A stretch of 64,000 nt of DNA from Octopus sinensis (taxonomy: Eukaryota), in the NCBI RefSeq assembly GCF_006345805.1, contig NC_043005.1, positions 82,460,001 through 82,524,000 of the forward strand, given 5' to 3'. This document shows, piece after piece, positions 1-13,833 of the stretch; the first letter of the stretch is position 1, and the number at the start of each line of letters is the position of its first letter. The translations under genes were made by a program, and so were the position numbers. The notes under the pieces were generated by a model. It was not told where the DNA came from, made no database searches, and saw only the letters and a list, made by a program, of their open reading frames with translations.

Positions 1-391
1 ATTGTCCCTATTCTAGTATTAATAAGGTCAACTGACAAATGTTATCTGAAAGAAACATCCTATAATTTCGTACCTATACACGCACACACAAAATGTTCCT
101 ATGTATATATTATGTTATGCATAGAAGCGTTGAATGTTGCAGATATTTATACTGGAGTAACATACAATGAACAACACCCATATATTAGCTTACGAAGATC
201 TTGTTTTGGGGATGTATTTCCTATCATTATATTACGCAAAGATCGGAAACGTGTGTATTAAATGATTTCAAAATATTAGTATTTGGTTCGACTTCGTTAT
301 AATAATAATAAGAAAAAGAAGGTGAAGAAGAAAGAGAATGACAAGAAGGATGATGAATTATGATGATGGTGGTGATGATGATGACAGCGAT

Positions 392-944
392 AATATGCCC
401 TGATTCAGTACCAGGCAGAGGCTCCCATGGCTTCTGATCTGAACTGATTGGAAATGTTGTCCTGTACATTGATTTGTTTTGTGATAAATGATGAGCTACA
501 GCAAATATTCTGGTCAATATTACAGATTTGCTTGTTAGTTATTTTACCGTAGCCAATTGAGCATGTTCCATAGTGGCTGACGATGTGTGCATCACTGACT
601 ACGAGCAGAAATAGTAGGGAATATTATAACATTGTTTTGAGATGAATTCTTTTGGGGTTGAATAATTCACCTGTGAAACAATGGTTGTCTTTTCAACATC
701 CTTAATCTTATTCAGGGACGATTTCAGTGGGATGCCCTACTGGACCTGAAGAAAATTCAAACTAGGCCCTACCTGCTAGATCATGGGCTGTTTACCTTGA
801 CATGGTATCACAATTTCACGCACATGTACTTGTGATGCATGTACCTGATCTACCCGTATAAGACGGATAGTCATGATGGGTTTACTGGACTTTATATATT
901 TTACACCAGTTTCACTTTGATAGCATGTACTTCTCTCTCACACA
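392..944 (+). mobile_element. ~550-bp interspersed retroposon flanked by (AAT/GAT)n, copy 1; partial restart at ~985-1080
   Basis: Collinear with 38818-39370 (atgccctgat.cagtacca...gcatg.act.ctctc.cac.caat) and flanked by ATG/AAT triplet runs. Confidence 0.75.
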
Positions 945-2377
945 ATGATAATAATAATGATGATAATGATAATAGTAATAACCTGATGGCTTTTGATCTT
1001 AACTGATTGGAAGTATTATCATGTTTTATCTTGGTATAAAAGATGGGCTAAAACAAATATACTGTTCAATATCTCAGATTTTACATACATATATGTACAA
1101 AAATATTATACATATACATACATATATACACCCACATATGCACACAATCACACAGTCACATATACGTGTGTGTGTGTGTGTGTGTAGAAATATACACAAA
1201 TGTGTGTGTATATATATATATATGTCTGTGTACAAATGTCTCTCTACTTCTTACCATCTTCTTTTTCTCTGTGTCTATAATCTCTTTGATTTTGGGTGTG
1301 TGCAAATGTATATGCTAATTTTATGGTGAAGTCTGGTCAATAATGGAGTGGAATACGTTAATCAATACTCAATATGAAATCAATGTTGTATAAATATATA
1401 TAAATGATGGTTATGTTCTGAGATTCTCGTTAACGTTCGCCTTAAAAAGAAAGAAAAATACTTATTTATTCCGTCTGCGTAGAGAGTAGTAATTTATTAG
1501 TATTTATAATAGAGATGTATTTTATTTACTTGTAGTGCGGAGTCTAATTTGTATAAAAGTTCATGGACCCTCCCAAGTAGCGTTTTTGAATAATTTCACA
1601 TATAGACTAGACTATTCTCATGTCACATGCTGTGTTAACAAGGCTAGTGAATACAATGCATTTCTTTCTCTTCTAATTATTACCCTGAACAAAGCATTGA
1701 CGTTTTCGATCTGTGTAAGATAATTCGAGAAGTTTGTTAAAATATCGATACAAGAATTTTTCGAACATTATTAGATAACTATGGCAAAAGTAGTAGCTTG
1801 TAGCTCCTTAGACTGCGTACGTTGTAAGACGTATCATAAAAGACCAGTATTATTTGCATAATGTACTGGCAAGTGAGATGATATAAATTTTTTTCTTTTA
1901 ATACACACAAGACAACGAGTCTATCAAGTTGAAATGAAACCCCTAATCGTATATTCTTTTGTATGTAGAGAATACTACACACTAGTATGCACACATATAC
2001 AAATACACACACTCATACACACACTCATACACACACTCATACACACACACACTCACTTTATAATTGTTTGTTGATTTAGAGTAAATTCATGCATCAGACA
2101 AAGCTTTTAATTTGTTCTGCTTTTAATTTGATCTGGATCATCACACTGCAAAATAACAGATATATTTCCAATACTATAGAACTGACCAACGATATAAAAT
2201 GGCAGCTCTAAAGCACAGATCAGGGAAACACTAAGTAAATGTGAAATAGGGTAGAAATAAGAGAAAGTCAAATGTTACAATTTCTGCTGCACACACACAC
2301 ACACACACACGAACATACAAGCATACATTCTTACATAAATACATGCATACAATCACACACAAACATAGACAGAGAGC

Positions 2378-2612
2378 TATAGATAGATAGATAGATAAAT
2401 AAATAGAGAGACAGACCGACAGAGATGGATAGATAGATAATATAGACAGACAGATAGACAGATAGGTAGATAGATAGGTAGATAGATAGGTAGATAGATA
2501 GGTAGGTAGATAGATAGGTAGATAGACAGGTAGATAGACAGGTAGATAGATAGGTAGATAGATAGGTAGATAGATAGGTAGATAGATAGGTAGATAGATA
2601 GGTAGATAGATA
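2378..2612. repeat. (GATA)n/(GGTA/GACA) compound microsatellite
   Basis: Read directly from the sequence. Confidence 0.95.
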
Positions 2613-3380
2613 GAGCGAGAGAGTCAGGGAGAGGAATCCATACAGAAATACGTTTGCAAACACATACATGTGTATATATTTATACATATGTGTACATGAA
2701 CGTATGTATGTACATATGTATACATATTTGTTTGTCTATCTGTCATGTGTATGAATATATGTATGTATGTGTGTGTGTGTATATGCATTCATGCATGCAT
2801 GGATGTAATTGTGTGTCTGTGAAAACAAAACGGTATTTACAACTCAAAAGTCTATAATTTCCTGGATGTGAAAAAGTGTTTGATATTTTTGAGAAGCTAC
2901 TTTCTTCCTATCGATGAAGGGTTAACTATTATCACTTCATGGGGCAATTTTTGCTTTGTAGACACTTATATTAAGCATGAAATTATAAGTATAAGCCAGT
3001 ACGTCACTATCTAAGTGTTGTGATTGTTGTTATATATCTATTGCACATACATACATAACAAATATATTATACTGCATTACAATAAGTGTCCTTCCATTTA
3101 AAGATAGAATGGCGAGATTGGAAAGAGATTTAGTGTATATATTGTCTGGTGGCTTCAGGGCTGGCGACAAAGACTCCATCATAGAAGTGTATATATGAAT
3201 ACATGACCAGAGAAGCTTAAGAAGGTGTGTGAGTACTTAAAACATACTTGAAAGATAATAAATTTCTATTTTCATTGAAACATATATATGCATATGCATG
3301 TGTGTGTATATATATATATACACACATATATATATATATGTGTGTATATATATATATACACACATATATATATATGTGTA

Positions 3381-3486
3381 GGCGCAAGAGTGGCTGTGTG
3401 GTAGTAGCTTGCTAACCAAAAATAGCTTCGGGCCGACCAAAAATTTGAGAGTGGATTTAGTAGACGGAAACTAAAAGAAGCCCGTC
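3381..3486 (+). mobile_element. SINE family A, 5' part, internally deleted
   Basis: ggcgcaagagtggctgtgtggta...gagtggattt.gtagacggaaact.aaagaagcccgtc matches the head of the 40444 copy. Confidence 0.75.
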
Positions 3487-3493
3487 ATATATA

Positions 3494-3539
<46 letters not shown>

Positions 3540-3591
3540 GACATATGGAATTATAAATATGTGAATATGAATATATACATATATATATATA

Positions 3592-5093
3592 TGATTGATT
3601 GATTGATTGATTCTAGCTTCAGCTTATGAGCTCTGGCCATGCTGGGGCACCGCCATTTGGTGTTGCTACTTGGTTTCACTTCATGGAGGCTTTCTAGCAA
3701 CTGCTATTTGGTGTATGAGAGAGTTCGATGCAGCTGCCCTCATCTGCCCCTCCTGCAATGAAGTTGGTTCATCTGGGACACCTGACAGGAAGAGATCCAG
3801 CTTCATTTTAAAGACATCTGTATCCACCCCATGCAGGTCTCTCAGGTTCTTCGGGAGGATATTGAAGAGCTGTGGGCCTCGGAAGCCCAGGCTATCACAG
3901 AATCTTGTCCTACATCTTGATGGCAGGTTTGGAGTCCTAGGCACCACGCAGTGGCGCCCAGTTCTGGCATTTGCGTAACTCTCGATGCCAAAGTTCAGGA
4001 CACTTCCCTCCAGGATCTTCCAGATGTATATTATGGCATATCTTTCCCGCCTACGCTCCAGGGAATATAAATTTAATCTCTTGAGTCTTTCCCAGTAGCT
4101 TACATTCTGCATAGAGGCTATCTTCTTTGTGTAGCTTCGTTGGATCGCCTCAAGTTCTGTGATCAACTTGACACTGGACGGTGACCATAGCTGAGAGCAA
4201 TAGTCAAAGTGGCTTAGGACAAGTGTCTTCCAGAGGACCATCATGGTTTCTTGTTCTCTTGTTCTAAAGGTTCTAAGAATCCATCCAGCCAGCCGTCTAC
4301 ATTTCATTGTCAGTTTAGCAACATGTACATGAAAGGTCGCGTCGTCACTCATGTGAATACCCAGGTCACGCACTGATTGTGCCTCTGGGATTGCAATCCC
4401 TCCGGGTCCAGTGTATTCATTGGGTATTGCATTCAGTTTTGCATGCTGATAGTATAAAGCTTGAAACTTTCCAGCATTGAACTGCATGCTATTCTTTTCA
4501 GCCCACTTGTATATTTCGTCCAGCTCACATTGCAGGTGTTTAGTGTCCTCAGGGTTCTGTATTGCCTGTGAAATTTTGTATCATCTGCATAACTTGTGAT
4601 CGTGGCTCTCTGCGTGGCTGAGGGCATGTCTGAGAGGGCCATTATGAACAGTAGTGGTCCCAGAACAGTGCCCTGCGGAACACCGCTCACTATTTGTGTG
4701 TTAATGGAGGTGGCCCCATTGGCTACTACCACCTGACTTCTATCCTTCAGAAAGTCATGAAGCCATTCTCCCAGTTTTCCAACTATGTTGAGATCACGCA
4801 GTTTGTGACATATCATTCCATGATCGACTTTATCAAAGGCCTTTGCAAAGTCGAGATATATCACTTCCACATTTGAGTGGTTGAGCAGCCGTCTCAGCAC
4901 CCAGTCATAGTGTTGTAGGAGCTGAGTTAAACAGCTTCTCCCTGGTCGGAAACCATGTTGGGTGTCGGGCAGCAAGTCATTCTCTTCAAGGAAGGTGATC
5001 AGCTTCCTTCTGACTATTCGTTCCATGACCTTGCTGATGTGTGAGGTCAGAGAGATAGGTCTATAGTTCTTGGCTTCCGCTCTGCTACCTCCT
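3592..5093 (-). mobile_element. 5'-truncated CR1-group non-LTR retrotransposon (RT and C-terminus, 3'UTR, (AATC)n tail)
   Basis: ORFs 4433-5119 and 3681-4487 give [43 protein letters not shown] and LERRRERY; tail of tgat repeats at 3592-3611; (TA)n on both sides. Confidence 0.93.
3681..5093 (-). pseudogene. LINE ORF2 reverse transcriptase fragment with a 1-bp frameshift just after YADDTK (~4573)
   Basis: Adding one A in ACAAAATTTCACAG restores K-I-S-Q-A-I-Q-N-P, homologous to KVSQKIQNP in the 54896 copy. Confidence 0.85.
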
Positions 5094-5349
5094 ATATATA
5101 TATATATATATATATACATACATATAAGTACTCATACACAGATATATATATTTATATATTATGTATATAAATATATATATATATATTATATATATATATA
5201 TACATATAAGTACTCATACACAGATATATTTATTTATATTATATATAATATTATATATATATATATATATTATATATATATATACATACATATAAGTACT
5301 CATATACAGATATATATATTTATATATTATGTATATAAATATATATATA

Positions 5350-5803
5350 TATATAAACATATCTATGTATATATACGCACACAACGCACAAGCTCACACG
5401 CACAAGGCTACGCACACAGACAAACACACACGCACACACACATACACATACGCATATACACATATATCTATATATTTAAAAAAAAAGCTATGCTTTCAGT
5501 TAAAAGCTTTCCGGAACTTGTTACACGTCAGACAATATCGATTCCACTCTATCGATTTGTTAGTCAATATTTTATTCATGAAAATAATTTCATGAATTTT
5601 TATCTTGTCTACATTCTTTTCTTCAGTAACTCCAATTATGTTTGATTTTTCACTTTGATCTACCTCACGGTGTTTACGCCGTACACTTACACACATTGGC
5701 AGGCCCTCACACACACATACAAGACACAATACGAGAGTAAAAATAGACAATACATACATACATTAACGCATTTTAAAATATAAGCGTTTAGGGCGTGGTC
5801 ATT

Positions 5804-5850
<47 letters not shown>

Positions 5851-6410
5851 CAAACACACTCTCACATATATATATATATATATATAAACATATCTATGTA
5901 TATATACGCACACAACGCACAAGCTCACACGCACAAGGCTACGCACACAGACAAACACACACGCACACACATACACATACGCATATACACATATATGTAT
6001 ATATTTAAAAAAAAAGCTATGCTTTCAGTTAAAAGCTTTTCGGAACTTGTTACACGTCAGACAATATCGATTCCACTCTATCGATTTGTTAGTCAATATT
6101 TTATTCATGAAAATAATTTCATGAATTTTTATCTTGTCTACATTCTTTTCTTCAGTAACTCCAATTATGTTTGATTTTTCACTTTGATCTACCTCACGGT
6201 GTTTACGCCGTACACTTACACACATTGGCAGGCCCTCACACACACATACAAGACACAATACGAGAGTAAAAATAGACAAATACATACATACATTAACGCA
6301 TTTTAAAATATAAGCGTTTAGGGCGTGGTCATTTATATATATAATATATATTATATATATATATATTATATATATATATATATATAAACACACTCTCACA
6401 TATATATATA
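5350..6410. repeat. Near-perfect tandem duplication, two units of ~530 bp bounded by (TA)n
   Basis: gggcgtggtc occurs at 5791 and 6321; aaaagctatgc at ~5483 and ~6012; units differ only at a few sites. Confidence 0.9.
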
Positions 6411-6606
6411 TATATATATATAAAGGTATATGTGTGTGTACATATATATTGACATAAGTATGTACGGAAATATGTATACATCTATATACCTAAATATGTA
6501 AAACTTTTGGAATGTATATTTTTGTTTCCAAATGCAAAGGCGTGTGATGTGTATATGTATATATATACTTTATTTGTATAAGTATATATTCATATATACA
6601 CACACA

Positions 6607-6648
<42 letters not shown>

Positions 6649-7417
6649 CATATATACATATATATATACATATATAAATACATATCCATATATAAATACA
6701 TAAATACATATCTGCCTTACTGCAGATCTCAGTTTTAACAATCGGAAATGTTGTCTACAACCATTCACCAAGCGTAACTTCATTAATTGTATACGGATTC
6801 GAACGGATCGTGATTAGAAAGGAATTTTAAAATATTTTCAGTACTCCAGTCAATCTGCCAAGAGTTCTAGCGAATGAACGTTAAGCCATGCATATACGCA
6901 TAGGCAAACGCATATACGTTGTTATACGCGTATACACTGCAAACTGTGGTGCTGAACCGCATTACAATGAGTCAGGTTTTTTAATAACTAAATTTTGCTT
7001 ATAGATCCAGGTTAGATCGCTCAGTTGATGGAACAACTGTTACGCTCATGGCTTGTATATTTTAATGATATACTATCCCATCCGCTCAGTATTGAAAGAT
7101 GGGCAGATGTGACTAAAACAATGGGAAAACGACTGTGGCCAAGGTAGAATAGAAGGTTACAATAAATTAAGAAACGGAATCGCTACGGGAAAGATTTTCT
7201 GTTTGTCAGGTTGCTACAGGTTATATATATATATATCCTTTATCTCTTAGTTGTTTCAGCTTTTAGATTGCTATCATACCTGGGCCTCGCATGAACAGTA
7301 GATCGACTACATTACCTTAAGTGTAGGGATGAGGGAGAGAAAAAGAAAAAGAGATACACACAGCGAGCGAAAGAGAAACAGAGAGAAGAAAAGGAGACAA
7401 AACCTTATTGAGGGCGC

Positions 7418-7462
<45 letters not shown>

Positions 7463-7482
7463 GTATATATGTATATATATAT

Positions 7483-7690
7483 GTTGTTGATTCGTTAGTT
7501 ACTGCACGCATTTTGTTTCTCTCCTTCTTTCTGTGTTTTTTTTCTCTCTGTGTATCTTTCTGTTGAAGAGCGTAGGCTCGAAACGTTAAAGACTTGTTTT
7601 ATTTATATTTCCTGAGCGCCATACTAATACAATTGTTTGTTTGTTTTCCACCTGCCTTCGTCTTTTGTCTATTTTCATAAAGCTTCCCGT
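7483..7690 (+). mobile_element. Penelope-like (PLE) terminal-repeat fragment in (TA)n
   Basis: Pyrimidine-rich insert between TA runs carrying an HHR-like motif; related to 29275 and 37790 (gaagagc...gctcgaaacgttaaa...ctgagcg.c). Confidence 0.6.
7555..7592 (+). ncRNA. Minimal type I hammerhead-like motif (core CUGUUGA)
   Basis: TCTTT-CTGTTGA-A-GAGC(GTAG)GCTC-GAAAC-GT-T-AAAGA; stem I TCTTT/AAAGA; palindromic stem III AACGTT. Confidence 0.6.
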
Positions 7691-7721
7691 TATATATGTG
7701 TGTGTGTATGTGTGTATGTGT

Positions 7722-7965
7722 GTGGAGGCGCAATGGTCTAGTGGTTAGGGCAACAGACTCGCGTTCGTCGATCGCAGACCGGGCGTTGTGAGTGTTTATT
7801 GAGCGAAAACTCCTAAAGCTCCACGAGGCTCCGGCAGGGGTGGCGGCGATCCCTGCTGTAATCTTTCGCCACAACTTTCTCTCACTCTTCTGTTGGCCAA
7901 CGAGGTGGCCGCATTGTGACCATTGATGTGTAACACCATCTGATAACCTGGTCGGTCACGGTGAT
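7722..7965 (+). mobile_element. tRNA-derived SINE family C
   Basis: tggaggcgcaatggtctagtggttaggg A-box head; homologous to 28285 and 31601. Confidence 0.8.
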
Positions 7966-7966
7966 A

Positions 7967-8024
<58 letters not shown>

Positions 8025-8669
8025 CAGAGAGAGAGAGAGAGAGAGAGAAACTCTGTACTTATGTAGATTTTGAAGCTCATTTTTTTGTTGTTGTTTAACA
8101 ATACCTATATGCAGAATAGTTCGTATCTAGGTCTGGGTAAATCAACAGACGTATCGTCTCGGCTGCTCGCAGACTAAGCATGAATTAGTATGTAACAAAA
8201 TAGTTTGCAAACCAATGGATCTAATTATTGCTTCCGTCATTTATAGGCGAGATTATGATCACTACGTGAGCTTTTAATGTGGTTTGCCAATTATTTAAAG
8301 AAACCATTGGTGCTATGCCCTACGCGATTCATTCTTACTTTCGCATTATTTGCCGTTTCTCGTTCTTAAGACGTATGTAAAGGGATTGTTCAAGCGTAGC
8401 TCTTTTCCTTAAAATTATTTAGTACACACCTATCGCCTGTACTTCAGTAATTCTACAAAATCTTAGAAAATCACGTAGCTTCCTATTCATTTTAGTATTA
8501 GTCAATTGTAAGAGTGGATATCCTACCGGAAGTTACTTTACGGATATTTACGTAGATGCATGCATATATATATATATATATATATTATATATACATACAT
8601 ATATATATATATATATGTGTGTGTGAGTTTGTGTATACATATATAGGTAAGTGTATATATATATATATG

Positions 8670-8714
<45 letters not shown>

Positions 8715-8894
8715 CATACATATATATATATACATATATATTATACATACATGTATGTATGTATGTGCGTGTGATATTACATATCTAATAAATGTGTGTG
8801 TACATGAATATATGTAAAAATATATATATCGATAGATAGTATATATTATATATATATATATATGCGTGTGTATGTGTGTGAGTGTATACATATA

Positions 8895-8948
<54 letters not shown>

Positions 8949-8999
8949 CATATATGTGTATGTATGTTTATATATATGTATATATGGGTCGAGACTGTG

Positions 9000-9213
9000 T
9001 GTCTGTCTTTGTGTATGTGATTATCCCCACTCGCAGCCTGACAATTGTCTCTGTTTGCTTACTCTCCCACAAGATAGCGGTTCTGCAAAAGAGACCAAGA
9101 AAATAACTACCAGGCTTTAAAAATAAGACATGGCAGCGATTTGTTCGACTCAAACCCCTTCAAGGCTGTGCCCCAGCATGGCTACTTTCAAATGCCTGAA
9201 TCAAGTAAAAGAG
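9000..9213 (+). mobile_element. SINE family A, 3' half, diverged
   Basis: agcggttctgcaaaagagacc...gtgccccagcatggct...tgaatcaagtaaaaga. Confidence 0.7.
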
Positions 9214-9634
9214 CAATATATAAATATGAATGTATGTTTGTGTGTGTTTGTATTTGAGTGTGTAAATGAATATGTATATGAATGTGAGCGTTTGTGTACA
9301 TAATTGGATTTGTCAGTTACGTTCTAGACAAATTTAATTTTGTATATTCATGTCTTGCTAGAACTGTAGACAAAAAAGTGTTAATATTTGGTAAAACAGT
9401 CTCTGCTTATAATTGCATTCATCGCAGTTATTACTCGACTGGTTTTGATAGCATAAATATTAGAGTTGTAAGTTGTGCAAGTAATTCACTCTAACATTTC
9501 ACAAAATGTGGTATTTAAATATTTTGAAACCAATATGATACAAAATTAAGCTGATTGATAAATTGAAACTGGACATGTGTATGTCGATTACAACATCGCC
9601 GGTGCTTAACGCAGTATTCAACGAAATGTATATA

Positions 9635-10189
9635 TTGGGTTGTCTGGAAAGTCCGTGCCGATTTTAAAGGTCAACACAAACTTGCTTTTACATTTTTAAT
9701 CAACCAAATATGAACCATTTTGTTGCACAATGCGTCTCCATCTTCCCTTTAACTTGAAAATACCCTCTTCCCAGAGCTGAGGTGGTTTTATGGCAAAGAA
9801 TACATCAAGGTATCTTTTTACGTCATCCAAGTATTTGAAATTTTTACCGTGAAGACTATTCTGCAGAGACCTGAATATGTGGAAATCCGAAGGAGTAATA
9901 TCTGGTGGATATTGAGGGTGGAACAACAAATACCAGCCGAGCAGCAGCAATTTTTGTCTGCTTCCCAAATCATCAAGTGCCGAAAATGAACTTTCTTATC
10001 TTCCATTTTAAAGGGTTACAGAATTAACACAGGTTATAGGAATATAAACCTTCTTCCATGAAAAGATAGCTTAAACTGTGCTCTAAATGGAGTTGTGGTC
10101 AAATCCTGTTTTAAAGGACTCAAACATGTTCTAAAATAAGACGAATTGTAAGCTACTATAAATCGGCACAAACTTTCCAGACATCTCAA
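9635..10189 (-). mobile_element. Internally deleted mariner DNA transposon with both TIRs and TA target duplication
   Basis: TIRs ttgggttgtctggaaagtccgtgccgattt and aaatcggcacaaactttccagacatctcaa flanked by TA; N-terminus MEDKKVHFRHLM joined to C-terminus HPQYPPDITPSDFHIFRSLQN...RWRRIVQQNGSY. Confidence 0.92.
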
Positions 10190-11373
10190 TATTAAAAATA
10201 TGTTTCAAATATCTCTTGTGTTACAAAAAAAAAAAAAATGAGAGCATTTTAAAAATCTAAATTAGAGTGATATATCCATTAAAATTTTAGCAATTTTTGC
10301 GTATATAATAAAAACCATGTTTTTAATTGATTTTTTTTGTTTTACTTTAAAATTATATTTGTTTTCGAATATGAATTCTTCGTCTGTAAATTATATAAAC
10401 CAAACTTTACTACTACGAAGAAAAATACGAAAATTAAGTAGATAATATTAATAGACTGTTAAAAGGATACTGTTTTCTTTATGCTATTAAGAAATATTTG
10501 CAAGTAATTTTGTGTCTGGAATGTTTGTGAGGATTTTTGCATATAATTAGCAGCGTACAGAGAATCTCAACTACTCCTAATATGCGCCGCCACATGTCCG
10601 CTTGTACTTAGCAGGTCTTTGAAGCTGTGATTTCCTTTGGTATTCTTTTTGCATTCACCCAAAATCTCATAAAATTTTAAAGACTTTTTCAGTAGTAATA
10701 CATACATAGTTTATGTACATATAAACACTAGCATTTTAATGTAATCGGCAATAACATGTAAATACGTCTCAGTTAACAAAGAAATCGATTATTTACCCGG
10801 CGAGTTGATGATTGTAATTTATTGAGAAAAGTATACTTATAAAATGGTATTTCGTGAGTTTGAAATTTTAGAACGTTTTTCATTTTTAGTGTTGGAGTTC
10901 TTACACTTACATTGTACAACGTATCGTCTTGTAAGATTACATCATTCTATTGTATTTTCACATCCTAAAATGATATTAACATTTTATTGGTGTACAGAAT
11001 TACATAATGTTTCTGTCATTTAAATAATTATTGCTTGTTTAGTCTCCAATACAGTCATCCGCATTGTATCACACGTTGTTTTATATATAAGAAACTTAGG
11101 CTAGTCGATGTACAAAAATATTAGATACATTTAATTCGAAAATACTTACATACGTTTACATATAAAAGCGTCCGATTTACACAGAATAGAAATGATTTCA
11201 GAGGTTGAATAAGATTTTCACTAAAATTCTTATTCAACAATTAATTTTAACACCTGAGTAAGCTATTCTGAGTAAGCTGGACGTTTGTGTATATATATAT
11301 ATATTATTGTCGTTTTGTTTACCATGTAGGCAGTCATCGAAATCTTTGTTTGTCTTGTTGCCGATAGAGGGTC

Positions 11374-11466
11374 CCTTTCTTTCCTGATGAGAAGATTGCA
11401 TCATGCACCCTTTATTCCTTTGGAATGAAACCATGTGGTCTTCGAAACATTTGTCGAGAGTAAAGG
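11374..11466 (+). ncRNA. Canonical type I hammerhead ribozyme with extended stem II
   Basis: CCTTTCTTTC-CTGATGA-GAAGATTGCAT...ATGTGGTCTTC-GAAAC-ATTT-GTC-GAGAG(T)AAAGG; all three stems pair; GUC site at 11453-11455; lies in a ~200-bp insert (11304-11506) between TA runs. Confidence 0.88.
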
Positions 11467-11505
11467 AATTTTGTTAACATCTTCGTTCGACTCCATTCTT
11501 TCATT

Positions 11506-11537
<32 letters not shown>

Positions 11538-12277
11538 TTTTTTTGTATTAAACTTGCTTGTCCTTACATTTACTCATCTAACTGCTCAAGTTTAAATCTC
11601 TTGAGCATTACAAAGTGTATTCTATACAGATCCCTTATTCACGGACCACTGATATTCAGTAACGCGTTGAATACTGACGTCATGTATGTATATGTATGTA
11701 TGTCTGTATGTATGTGTGTATATATATTAGAAGACATCTGTAGATTCCTCGAGGCAATCTGATAACGAATTTTTTTTAACAAAACAGTGAAAAAGATAGA
11801 GATCTAGAATGTCGGGAAACACTCAACATAGCTTCGGTAACGTACAGATTAGAATTTCTTAATAAAATTTAATAAAAATTTTCCTTTTTTTCTCACGGTA
11901 ATATCTCTGTCTTCACTATTTCATTTTACTTCTTATCACTAACGTATTATTTATATGGGTGTATGTATACAGTATGTTTGTGCTTGCGTCTGAATACATC
12001 TACATATGAAAAATGCCACCTGTTATGAATAATTTTCTTTTTCTTTTTTACTTGTTTCAGTCATTTGACTGCAACCATGCTGGAGCACCGCATTTATAGT
12101 CGAGCAAATTGACCCCAGAGCTTATTCTTTGTAAGCCTAGTACCTATTTCATCGGTATATTTTGCCGAACCGCTAAGTTGCGGGTAAGTAAACACACCAC
12201 TATCGGTTATCAAGCGATGCTGGGTGGGACAAACAGACACACAAACACATACATACATACATACATACATACATACA

Positions 12278-12364
<87 letters not shown>

Positions 12365-12645
12365 CAACAATTGAGGGTAAAATTAATTAATTAATTAATC
12401 AATTTCACCAAGTATTCAGTATGCAAAGGGACCATTAAGGCGAATTCAAATTATTACATTATATAAAAGGGCTTAGTAAAATAAATTACTTTGCCGCATA
12501 CTGAACTCGTTAGAAATAGCAGCTAAAAAAACTTTTTATAAAACTATTTCTAACACTTAAAGAAAACCTCTCTCATATAGTGTTTGCTCAATTCAACTCA
12601 AGGAAGTATGGGGGTAGAGACATTAAAAAATCAAATGCAAAGGTT

Positions 12646-12705
12646 ATTTGAGTACGTACGTTTCAAGATTAGTCAAAATCGACCCTTCTCTCATCAGCTC
12701 AGAAT
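12646..12705 (-). ncRNA. Type I hammerhead ribozyme, unit 1
   Basis: Minus strand ATT(C)TGAG-CTGATGA-GAGAAGGGTCGATTTTGACTAATCTT-GAAAC-GTAC-GTA-CTCAAAT; GUA site, predicted cut between 12653 and 12652. Confidence 0.88.
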
Positions 12706-13209
12706 GCCCTTGTTTGAATCTGAAAACACTGAAAATGGGAGCATACCCTTCGGCTTGTTATCGCTTCTGAAGATCTGCTCCAAACTAACAGTGCCAACAA
12801 ACTCAAATATGCAAGCGAAGAATTTCTGCTCTCCCCTTTCCACCAGCGTGGGTTAAAATCAGCAAACCCTATGTTTTTTTCGGTAAAATCCGAGACATTA
12901 AGTAGAGAGAGATATGAATTATAATTTCAACAACTGAGGGTAAAATTAATTAATTAATTAATCAATTTCACCAAGTATTCAGTATGCAAAGGGACCATTT
13001 AAGGCGAATTCAAATTATTACATTATATAAAAGGGCTTAGTAAAATAAATTACTTTGCCGCATACTGAACTCGTTAGAAATAGCAGCTAAAAAAACTTTT
13101 TATAAAACTATTTCTAACACTTAAAGAAAACCTCTCTCATATAGTGTTTGCTCAATTCAACTCAAGGAAGTATGGGGGTAGAGACATTAAAAAATCAAAT
13201 GCAAAGGTT

Positions 13210-13268
13210 ATTTGAGTACGTACGTTCAAGATTAGTCAAAATCGACCCTTCTCTCATCAGCTCAGAAT
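13210..13268 (-). ncRNA. Hammerhead, unit 2 (GAAA core reads GAA, 1-nt deletion)
   Basis: Plus strand reads tacgttcaag instead of tacgtttcaag; otherwise identical to unit 1. Confidence 0.75.
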
Positions 13269-13773
13269 GCCCTTGTTGAATCTGAAAACACTGAAAATGG
13301 GAGCATACCCTTTCGGCTTGTTATCGCTTCTGAAGATCTGCTCCAAACTAACAGTGCCAACAAACTCAAATATGCAAGCGAAGAATTTCTGCTCTCCCCT
13401 TTCCACCAGCGTGGGTTAAAATCAGCAAACACAATGTTTTTTTCGGTAAAATCCGAGACATTAAGTAGAGAGAGATATGAATTATAATTTCAACAATTGA
13501 GGGTAAAATTAATTAATTAATTAATCAATTTCACCAAGTATTCAGTATGCAAAGGGACCATTTAAGGCGAATTCAAATTTTTACATTATATAAAAGGGCT
13601 TAGTAAAATAAATTACTTTGCCGCATACTGAACTCGTTAGAAATAGCAGCTAAAAAAAACTTTTTATAAAACTATTTCTAACACTTAAAGAAAACCTCTC
13701 TCATATAGTGTTTGCTCAATTCAACTCAAGGAAGTATGGGCGTAGAGACATTAAAAAATCAAATGCAAAGGTT

Positions 13774-13833
13774 ATTTGAGTACGTACGTTTCAAGATTAG
13801 TCAAAATCGACCCTTCTCTCATCAGCTCAGAAT
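13774..13833 (-). ncRNA. Type I hammerhead ribozyme, unit 3
   Basis: Identical to the unit 1 motif. Confidence 0.88.

Noticed and set aside
3607-3978. Plus-strand ORFs over the LINEs (also 54864-55199 and 56394-56708)
   Set aside because: Antisense shadows of the RT ORFs
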